Part shown: positions 1-8,000 of the stretch, one piece after another | Numbering within the stretch: the stretch's first letter is position 1 | Layout: the number at the start of each line of letters is the position of its first letter | IMG/VR virus record: IMGVR_UViG_3300029288_000134 | Span: 22,177 to 86,176 of that record | DNA from: a virus | Lineage: Duplodnaviria; Caudoviricetes | Reading direction: 5' to 3' (one strand) | Length of the DNA: 64,000 nucleotides | The notes under the pieces: generated by a model | Told to the model about the DNA's origin: nothing | The model's database searches: none | What the model saw: only the letters and a program-made list of their open reading frames with translations | Program-made: the position numbers and the translations under genes

Positions 1-96
1 AAAATTATCGCAATGCAATCTAGCGCACCGGCTAGCGCACCGGCTAGCGCGCCTAAGGTTTTATCACCAAGGGAGCGACAGCAAGTAGCAGCATAA
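1..96 (+). CDS. 3' end of a gene running in from the window edge (KIIAMQSSAPASAPASAPKVLSPRERQQVAA*)
   Basis: Frame 1 is open from base 1 to TAA at 94-96. The 12-bp tandem ctagcgcaccgg (20-50) encodes ASAP repeats in this frame. A hairpin follows. Confidence 0.35.
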   Translation, partial: KIIAMQSSAPASAPASAPKVLSPRERQQVAA

Positions 97-117
97 CAAC
101 CAAATAGCACGTTTGTT

Positions 118-158
118 CTATAGCGCATGGTATATAGTGTATCATGCGCTATAGTTTT
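118..158 (+). terminator. probable intrinsic terminator
   Basis: Inverted repeat ctatagcgcatg (118-129) / catgcgctatag (143-154), followed by tttt. Confidence 0.5.
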
Positions 159-314
159 GTCTGTCGCTATTGTATGTAATATTACAATGACTAGTATGTA
201 ATATATACTACAATAGGCGTATTGTACGACGCGGTGCGATACAACGGGCACGGGGTGAAACAAGACAGGGAGGGGTATGATTTGTAACGGCTAGGGGGAC
301 TAGTGGGGTAACGA

Positions 315-633
315 CCATCATCTCCCATAGTTTTTCTCGTTTCAGTATTCCACTTGACATATCATGTATTCCTGATCAAGCCAAGTATGCTACTATATAC
401 TACTACTAAACAAGTACCATCATCTTTCCTCATAGTTTTTTCTACTCCCATATCTCACTTGACATAGTGTTGTTTCCATTCCCTTTCCCGATCTTGAAAT
501 ATTACACTATCTGATAGTCAGGTATATCCATCCATACCAAGCATCATCTCCCATAGTTTTTCTCATTTCCACATCTAACTTGACATATCATTGCTTCCAT
601 ACCCTTTCCCGATCTTAATATATTATACTATCT
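315..633. repeat. three imperfect non-coding direct repeats (starts ~315, ~417, ~541)
   Basis: Each unit has catcatct(c/tt)cc..catagtttttct...acttgacata. Units 2 and 3 also share ccctttcccgatctt..atatta.actatct. Confidence 0.8.
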
Positions 634-840
634 AGCGATCAAGTCTATCTATTCCAACGATTCTTATTGACGGGTGGGGTATCTTGGTGTACAAGCACGG
701 ATTAGCCACAAATAGCTAAATACTGAATTTTTTTGCATTATTCTTGAATTATACAAGTATATTGTTACAAATTACAGTGTAGGCACATCAAAACACGGGC
801 TTAGGCAAGGATATAGCTTATTCTGTACAATTATCTTGGT

Positions 841-890
841 ACGTCCTAGTGCCTAATATCATTGGCACGTCCTAGTGTCTAATATCATTG
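841..890. repeat. 26-bp-period tandem duplication overlapping the stop codon of 885..1349
   Basis: acgtcctagtgcctaatatcattg (841-864) / acgtcctagtgtctaatatcattg (867-890), one mismatch. Confidence 0.85.
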
Positions 891-1349
891 TGTTTTAAGG
901 CTATCTAGGAGTTTTATGCATCGTTTAGTGGCTGATTTGTGATAGCTACGCTTTTTAAGTGGTGCAGGTTTAGTGTAATGGATACAGAATGTTCTAAACC
1001 AATCAGAGGTGTTATCGAGAGGGGTTCTATCAAGGATGACGATATTTCTATCGGAAGCGTGATGTACATTGGGTCTAGGGCATATTCCATCGAGTGCTAT
1101 CCTGCCCATAGCTTCTAGATAATGCAAGTAGTCATGCAGGGAAGAATATCTAGTTTGGCCTGTACATATAGTCGTTAGCTCCGAGTATGTAGGAGTTACA
1201 CCAAATCGTTCTTCGAACAGCTTGATTGCTTCAAAGGCAACGATAAGGCGGTTGGGGTCAGGGAGCAACCCCTTAACCCCAACCTTCTTATTAATGAGCT
1301 TACTCCTTAGCTCAGTCTGTAAGTGTTTACGTTTTACGTATTTGGACAT
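885..1349 (-). CDS. LexA-like winged-HTH DNA-binding protein (no peptidase domain seen)
   Basis: AIKLFEERFGVTPTYSEL...SSLHDYLHYLEAMGRI resembles the LexA N-terminal pattern (G.PPT.REI...STVH.HL..LE.KG.I). Confidence 0.5.
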   Translation of the reverse strand: MSKYVKRKHLQTELRSKLINKKVGVKGLLPDPNRLIVAFEAIKLFEERFGVTPTYSELTTICTGQTRYSSLHDYLHYLEAMGRIALDGICPRPNVHHASDRNIVILDRTPLDNTSDWFRTFCIHYTKPAPLKKRSYHKSATKRCIKLLDSLKTQ

Positions 1350-1363
1350 CTATTCTTAGTTTG

Positions 1364-1723
1364 TTACTTCTCCATAGGTTTGAACAGATCTGATAATACG
1401 CGGCACATATGCCTCGACAACTCTTCATTATCAAGGACTTTATCTTGCAGGGCTTCTGGATTAGCAACAGATCCTTCTTCTGAGCATTTACCCATCTTAC
1501 AAGCATCTGCGATACCAGGTGGAATCCCTTGAAAAGTAATTTTGGCTTCCTCTCTGGTATAGAAATAGGCTATACTCTCGAACATATCTGTTAGATTATC
1601 GAAGTGCTCTGTCCATTCATCGTCGTCTCTAAGTGACTCAAAGTTGACTAGCCACCCATTGATGGTTTCTGCTATTGCAACGGTGAACGGCATTGACTTG
1701 CTTAGGTCCATATTTATTGGCAT
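1364..1723 (-). CDS. hypothetical protein (likely start MPINMDL at 1723)
   Basis: Acidic ORF in the co-oriented gene chain; purine-rich RBS before the ATG at 1723. Confidence 0.6.
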   Translation of the reverse strand: MPINMDLSKSMPFTVAIAETINGWLVNFESLRDDDEWTEHFDNLTDMFESIAYFYTREEAKITFQGIPPGIADACKMGKCSEEGSVANPEALQDKVLDNEELSRHMCRVLSDLFKPMEK

Positions 1724-2274
1724 TTCTTTTCCTTGTCTTTGATTTTCTTTAGTATGTCTATGGCCATTGTGCATACCATGTACCCGAGTGATGTTCCGCA
1801 TGTTTTTGATACTTCGTCCCTAAAACCACCTATCCCACTCCAGAGCGAAACCGTGTAGTATGGAAGATGCTCGCCCTTCTCGCCCTTCTCGCAATTACCT
1901 AGTTTTTCACGATATGGTTCCTGTAGTATGCTTACCGTGATCTTTCTTGTTGCCAGTGCCTCAATTACATACATCATGTGTGTCGGGTTTGTTGTGTACG
2001 ATTTGCCGTATGGAAGATCTAGCGCAATGGCGACTTGGGTATTTAGAGAACGATCATTTTTACCTATCTCAACCGGCGCGTCCTTGAAACTATCGTTAAT
2101 GCTCCCCGCAAATGTTATGGTGTAATCCGTGGAGTCTTCTAGGCGACGAATCCATTTTATTGCATCATTGAGATCTTGAAACACCGCTTTCGTTTGTTCG
2201 TATGGTTTTCCTTTTTTGTGCAGAGTTGCAATATATCCGCCTTCTACGCCCTCGATAGTTACTATGATGCCCAT
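1714..2274 (-). CDS. hypothetical protein with a phage ABA-sandwich-like C-terminal domain
   Basis: YTTNPTHMMYVIEAL and the terminal GYMVCTMAIDIL resemble the YSTDI.AAW.VVEKL ... AIC.AAL pattern. AAGGAG RBS before the ATG at 2274. Confidence 0.45.
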   Translation of the reverse strand: MGIIVTIEGVEGGYIATLHKKGKPYEQTKAVFQDLNDAIKWIRRLEDSTDYTITFAGSINDSFKDAPVEIGKNDRSLNTQVAIALDLPYGKSYTTNPTHMMYVIEALATRKITVSILQEPYREKLGNCEKGEKGEHLPYYTVSLWSGIGGFRDEVSKTCGTSLGYMVCTMAIDILKKIKDKEKKCQ

Positions 2275-2284
2275 GATTTTCTCC

Positions 2285-2527
2285 TTATTCTTCTTGTGAT
2301 AGAGTATCGTCAATTATACTCCATTTGTTCCAAAACTCGCCATTTGTACCCGAGTAATACGCCGCACCATCTTCCATGATGTATGCACACTCAACACTCT
2401 TTTTACTATCTTCTACAGTGGTCCAGGTTGCACCTGATACGATTACTTTCTCTTCGTTTGTGAATCTATTACGTATGTTGATTGGCGTTATGTATTTGTA
2501 ATGATAAGCGTGCTCTGGTATATCCAT
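2285..2527 (-). CDS. hypothetical protein
   Basis: 80-aa ORF; AAGGA RBS; TAATG coupling to the upstream ORF. Confidence 0.6.
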   Translation of the reverse strand: MDIPEHAYHYKYITPINIRNRFTNEEKVIVSGATWTTVEDSKKSVECAYIMEDGAAYYSGTNGEFWNKWSIIDDTLSQEE

Positions 2528-2661
2528 TAGTTATCCTTTTCTACAATGACGATAGTTGCTCTTTTTATATCTTTGTCAGTTATGTGTCTGGCATCTCTGA
2601 TTATTTCGAGTTTGCCTCGGACATCCTGCTCATTGTCTACCGCTGTTGCTATCCTGACCAT
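2527..2661 (-). CDS. small hypothetical protein, 44 aa (MVRIATAVDNEQDVRGKLEII...), not in the ORF track
   Basis: Translated by hand. It fills the gap exactly and its TAA overlaps the next ATG. Confidence 0.55.
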   Translation of the reverse strand: MVRIATAVDNEQDVRGKLEIIRDARHITDKDIKRATIVIVEKDN

Positions 2662-2670
2662 CTTCTTTTC

Positions 2671-2910
2671 CTATTCTATTGCGTATACATGAATATCGTA
2701 GGTAAAGTATAGCTTTCTTCCACAGATAGGGCATATCGAGAATAGGCCATTATCTCCTATTGGTATCTCGAAATCTTCTTCATCTGCTTTCCAGAGTACT
2801 CCCTTGCACACGCACGTATACAGAGGCAGAACTTCCCATCCATGTATGATTCTTGGTTTGCCAAACTTGACTTTGCTTGTGATTTCTACGGGTTTGGCTT
2901 TAGATTTCAT
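2671..2910 (-). CDS. small Cys-motif (zinc-ribbon-like) protein
   Basis: CVCKG and CPICG motifs; GGAGG RBS. Confidence 0.55.
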   Translation of the reverse strand: MKSKAKPVEITSKVKFGKPRIIHGWEVLPLYTCVCKGVLWKADEEDFEIPIGDNGLFSICPICGRKLYFTYDIHVYAIE

Positions 2911-3116
2911 CAGATTGCGCCTCCTGGACTTGCCTCCGACAGTGTGATTTTTGCGTAGGGTCGTTGGTAATACTTCCCATCAGTAACCTTGAATTCAATG
3001 TCTGTTACGTACAGTAATGTGTCTTTTTCTGGCACACTCTCGCCAGTGTCGTCTTTTTTTAGAAATACTAACATTTCGTATGTCATGACCAAGAACTCCT
3101 TTCGTAATTTATCCAC
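2910..3116 (-). CDS. hypothetical protein
   Basis: 68-aa ORF coupled to the next gene. Confidence 0.55.
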   Translation of the reverse strand: MDKLRKEFLVMTYEMLVFLKKDDTGESVPEKDTLLYVTDIEFKVTDGKYYQRPYAKITLSEASPGGAI

Positions 3117-3137
3117 AATAGGATTCTAGAAATCAAT

Positions 3138-3207
3138 ACATCATGTAAGATACTAGAAGCCACCCGGGTTCACATCATGTAAGATACTAGAAGCCACCCG
3201 GGTTCAC
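3138..3207. repeat. perfect 34-bp tandem duplication of the 3' end of gene 3170..3640
   Basis: acatcatgtaagatactagaagccacccgggttc at 3138-3171 and 3172-3205. Confidence 0.95.
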
Positions 3208-3640
3208 TGTGCTTAATTCCAAATCCTTCACAGAATTCTAGCAAGGATTGTTTTTCTTCGAGAAGGTAGTCCATGTTGCCAGGGTATATTCTAGTTGCCT
3301 CGCCATCGTATGCTTTTATAACGGTACCCGGTATGGCCAGGATAGGATAATTATCGTCGCCTTGATAGATTGGATCTACCGGGAGCTTGGGTTCGGTTTT
3401 CCTGAAGTCGAACAACTCTTTGTAGTACGCCTCTATTATATCTGGCGGTGGCTCTATGCCATCAATATAATTATGGTTATGGTATATTTCGAAAGAGTGT
3501 TTGAATCCCTGGATTTCGTAAGTCCACCAATGGTCAATGTCTCCTCCATTTTCTTCTGTATTCCACGGCAATACTAACTCGTCTTCGTCTTCGATTGGTA
3601 TTACTCCGTAACATAGTGTCGCGACAGTTGACATTCCCAT
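3170..3640 (-). CDS. hypothetical protein
   Basis: 156-aa ORF with a strong GGAGG RBS. Confidence 0.7.
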   Translation of the reverse strand: MGMSTVATLCYGVIPIEDEDELVLPWNTEENGGDIDHWWTYEIQGFKHSFEIYHNHNYIDGIEPPPDIIEAYYKELFDFRKTEPKLPVDPIYQGDDNYPILAIPGTVIKAYDGEATRIYPGNMDYLLEEKQSLLEFCEGFGIKHSEPGWLLVSYMM

Positions 3641-3649
3641 TTTATCCTC

Positions 3650-3745
3650 CTATTTCATTCCTGGCATTGGCATACCCATACTTAGTGACATGATCCAGAT
3701 TATAACGATTGCTATCACGATCCACCGAATGTTGTCTTCTATCAT
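3650..3745 (-). CDS. 31-aa single-TM peptide (MIEDNIRWIVIAIVIIWIMSLSMGMPMPGMK), not in the ORF track
   Basis: Translated by hand; ATGA overlap with the upstream stop; hydrophobic core. Confidence 0.5.
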   Translation of the reverse strand: MIEDNIRWIVIAIVIIWIMSLSMGMPMPGMK

Positions 3746-4017
3746 TTTGATTCTTGTTTCCTTGCTATTATAGCGCCCGCTTCTTTTAACAATTCTGCGC
3801 AATACGAAGCTACTTCGCCTTCTTGTGTGTATATGTAGTCACCGTATTTCGAGAGCGTTATTTCGTCTTCTGGATCGTTATTCTCCTTGTACATATTGAT
3901 CATGAATTTCATATTGTCTCGGGTATTCTTTAGTGTAAAATCTCCGCATACCATATCCCATAGATTCTCTGCTAGAATCTCTAGTACATTGCCAGCAAGA
4001 ATGTATTTATTGCTCAT
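3742..4017 (-). CDS. hypothetical protein
   Basis: AAGGAG RBS before MSNKY at 4017. Confidence 0.6.
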   Translation of the reverse strand: MSNKYILAGNVLEILAENLWDMVCGDFTLKNTRDNMKFMINMYKENNDPEDEITLSKYGDYIYTQEGEVASYCAELLKEAGAIIARKQESK

Positions 4018-4351
4018 CTGATTCTCCTTGTTGTTTCTCGAAAGCACGAAACTCGTAATCTATTTGTTGCGCAAGCACTTTTACGTATTCTTGCATACTA
4101 GATGTTCTTGTGCTATGTATCAGAATTATTGGTACGAGCTTGTTTAGATGAGCTATTTCTTTTAATTCTATACTGTATCTTTCTATTGTTATGGATATAT
4201 AAGGATCGCTGTACATTTCTAGTATTTTCCATACGAGATGGTCGTTTAGCATTAATTTGCCTAATGGTGTATTTAGATACAACGTGTACTCTTGATCTAT
4301 CACGTACAACTCGTCTCGTAGGATACTTACGAATCTATAGACATCTAGCAT
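4007..4351 (-). CDS. hypothetical protein
   Basis: AAGGAG RBS; overlaps neighbouring genes. Confidence 0.6.
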   Translation of the reverse strand: MLDVYRFVSILRDELYVIDQEYTLYLNTPLGKLMLNDHLVWKILEMYSDPYISITIERYSIELKEIAHLNKLVPIILIHSTRTSSMQEYVKVLAQQIDYEFRAFEKQQGESDEQ

Positions 4352-4508
4352 TCCATATCTCCTTGAGTAGATCCCATACTATGTTTATTATTAGTACGGA
4401 TACTCCTAATGCCAATATGTCCTCTGCCGATAATGGTCGTTGGTAGATTGTTTTAGATACAAGCGCCAATCCAATTTGGCTTCCAAATACATTGAATGTG
4501 CATTTCAT
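4335..4508 (-). CDS. small membrane protein (likely start MKCTF at 4508)
   Basis: ATGA overlap with the stop of 4505..5002; hydrophobic C-terminal helix. Confidence 0.5.
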   Translation of the reverse strand: MKCTFNVFGSQIGLALVSKTIYQRPLSAEDILALGVSVLIINIVWDLLKEIWNARCL

Positions 4509-5002
4509 TGAAAGAGCCTTCCCCTGCATGGCGAAAAATAATACTCTAGGTTTATTTTGTATATATTTGTATGTCCCCAATCAGATTCTTTCCCGCATAC
4601 CTTGAAATTGCTAGGAACAAGAATATTTATCGCGTCTGCGCCGTACAATTTAGCAGGATACGATAGATTATCTGTAGCAATATACCATTCCATTGAGCAA
4701 AAGCTGTTTTTGAACTTGTATGGCCCTTCCAAGAATGGGGCAACGTATTTCAAGAAATCTTTTGTTCCGTCTATCACATCCTTGTCCATGCACTCATGCC
4801 AGCGATCATAACTAAGTGAGTTTTCCCATCTCTTGGTATCAATATGTGTATTGCAATGTTCGCGTAAGGTATTTTTGCGCATGGTTGGCTCAAGCACTCT
4901 TTCGAGTTGTTTTATTTTATCATTGGTACCATCTAAAGCTATCGCAGTGGCAATTATACTAATAGCTACTATTGCGATTGTCACCCACCAAATGCTTTCC
5001 AT
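4505..5002 (-). CDS. N-terminally membrane-anchored hypothetical protein
   Basis: Hydrophobic residues ~4-22 followed by a soluble domain; AAGGAG RBS. Confidence 0.65.
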   Translation of the reverse strand: MESIWWVTIAIVAISIIATAIALDGTNDKIKQLERVLEPTMRKNTLREHCNTHIDTKRWENSLSYDRWHECMDKDVIDGTKDFLKYVAPFLEGPYKFKNSFCSMEWYIATDNLSYPAKLYGADAINILVPSNFKVCGKESDWGHTNIYKINLEYYFSPCRGRLFQ

Positions 5003-5014
5003 TTTTATCTCCTT

Positions 5015-8000
5015 TTAGCATTCCGTGTATCCACAGCCACTATTCATACATCGCCGACATCCTTCTGCTCGGACAAGGGTCGCTTGGCCGCATTGAGGGC
5101 AAATATCCCTGTTGCTATGATATTCAGAGATACTTACTCCTTGCGACATTATACTTTTAGCAAACTCATCAAATTCTTTTGCGTTAAGTTGTTTGTCTCT
5201 GCCCTTTATCTTTACCCAAGAATCATTCTCTGTATATCGCTTTATATATTCACCAAACGACTCTCCGTTCAATTCTTCTGCTGGTTCATCTATCCACGTA
5301 ATGGTTGGTCCATCATCTTCGTCTGGGTATTCGTAGCGCCTAAGTGCTTGGCTTATTGCATCTGGCACTGAGCCTACTTTGTCTGATCCAAAACCAAACG
5401 ATGTTCTACCACCTATATCCCTCAACTGGTCTATTACCTTAACAACCTTTTCCGAGCTATCTCCTGGTACTAGTCTGAAGATAAGGCTTATAAGTCTACC
5501 AATCGCTTCCGCCATTGCCGAAATATCACTACCGCCCTTGCCCACGTTTACAAATACTTCATAAGGTTCTCCTTCTAGATCGTTGATTGTTACAAAGACA
5601 GTGCCTAGCGCAGTTTCTACTCGATGCGTTTCACCATCAAGAACTGGTATACGCGAGCGCTTTGGAGTCTGATTACCTGCGATAGATGCATCATTGATTG
5701 ATGGCCCAACTTCGCCAGAGAATATTGGATACTCATTCATTGGCATTCCTCTCAGTTTGTCTTCTTCCGGCAAGATACCTACATTTAACTTTGTGCCGTT
5801 ATCGAATGCAATCTCGAATTTCTTATCCACTAAGTCGATACTGAATGGTATAACAGTTTCCTTTTCTTGTTCTGTTTTCTTGGTTTCTAGAACTACTTTG
5901 TCCCGAGATCCTTGACGATACACCGTAAGTCCCTTACACTCGCTTTTCCAGGCTTGCATAAACCCATTGTAAATATCTTGCTCTGTTGCAGAATTAGGGA
6001 AATTGATTGTTTTGCTAATAGCACCGTCTACGTTTGATTGCAGGACTGCTTGCATCTTAATGTGATCTTCTGCGCTGATGTCGCTTGCCACTACGAAAAC
6101 TTCTTTGATTTTGTCAGGTAATTCTGGTATATCTTGACAACTTCCAGTTTCCGCAACTTGTTTTAGTATTCGACTTCGTATTGGATCATATATTCCCGCC
6201 TCTGTCAATGCTTGTTCGAACAAAGGACTACCGACCACCATTTCGATTTCTTTGTCACCGTCCACCATCTTTCGAGTATATGCGAGCGCAAACACGGGTT
6301 CACATCCATATCCTTCACACCCAGATACCGTTGCGATTGACCCGGTAGGTGCTATGCTTAACCGACATGAATTTCGTATTCCTTCTACACTGTCCTCGTA
6401 GGTGCTGCCAATGAACGCAGGGAACGAGCCTCGTGCTATTGCAAGTTTTACACTTTCTACATACGCTACGTTATCAATATGTCCCATTACCGTATCTACA
6501 ATGTTCCTAGCTTCATGAGTATCGTACCCTAGCCTCAGCATATATAGCATATCAGCCAATCCCATTATTCCTAGTCCAACACGCCTAGTTTTCTTGGCAG
6601 CTTCCTCAAGCTCGGGAAGAACGTATCCGTTGGCATCTATGACATTATCCAGAAAGTGTATACCCGATTTTACAACTTCACTTAAATGCTGCCAGTCGAT
6701 TCTATTGAATGGTTCTTCATCGTGATCTGGATCCGGTAGTACAAACTTGCTTAGATTGATGGAGCCTAGACAGCATGATTCTTTGGGTCCGAGTGGCTGT
6801 TCTCCACAATTTCGGTGTATTATACCAGTCATTCTTGGTTTATTAGTATATCTCGTGGCGCGAGAGTTAATTATACATGCATAGTTGTGATAATCGTCTA
6901 CGGTTATATTGTACACATCTTCTTGCCCACATGATTTAACTGATACTACTCTAAGGCACGAGCACTCGACCTCGATAAAATTATCGCGCTTGTTACTAAA
7001 TGACAACAATTCGTTTCCTGATACTAGTTCTGAAACGGGTTCGTATGACCCATAATATGTCATTACTTTGTGATCGGGTGTTGCTCTGAAAGATGATCCA
7101 TCGTCTAGCGTTACTTTGTATACTTCTACGTTCGTCCTGGTCTTACGCGGGTTCCTGCCTGTGCGAATCGTCATTCCACCTGGGCCGTAACAGTATACCG
7201 GGACATCGTTTCCCTCTTCGGCTAGTTGCTTTATTGATACGGCTGAACGGCCATCCGCTGTTGCTATTAGCGTGTCGCCTGTGATGCATGGGTTAGTTGC
7301 CACGATGTCGTACAAATGCGGTACTGGATTGTACCTATTTATTGCATCTAGGAATATTACCCCAGGCTCCCCGTTTTTCCAGGCGCGTGACACGATCTCG
7401 TCATATAACTCTCTTGCCCGGATCGTTTTGTTCGTATCTCCCGTGCGAGGATTTATTAGATCCCAATCAAGGTTATTTTGTACTGCACTCATAAATTCGT
7501 CAGTGATTCCAACAGATAGATTGAAGTTCGTGATCGACCCTTCTTTTTCTTTCAACCTAATGAACTCAAAAATGTCTGGGTGGTCGCACCTGAGTAGGCC
7601 CATGCACGCTCCACGCCTAGAATTATGCACTACCATTCCATTCGCTGTATAGCTATGTGTATTTTCTACTTCTAGATCTAGCGTGAGTTGTTTTCCACTA
7701 TCGGTTATATTATTTACCTGTGTGAACCATAGATTGTTTACGGGCTTCGCATATGCCTTGAATATATCATATTCACTATGCAGATTGTTGTATGCTGATA
7801 AAGTCAGGTTCCTGTCTCCGCGTGTGTAACGCAATAATTTTTTACGTAGCACGGGGTCGGTTGTGTTATTTAGAACATCGCTTACCCAGTATTCTGCGTT
7901 TGGTAGATTGTATACCGATTCTCTATTTGTGTCTGGCGTAAACTCTCTACATTTCATAAACCTTGATCTGTAGTCGCAAAATACCTGGCTATTCCACGCA

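Noticed and set aside
315-633. CRISPR array
   Set aside because: The repeats are long, degenerate and unevenly spaced, with no unique spacers of constant length and no cas genes.
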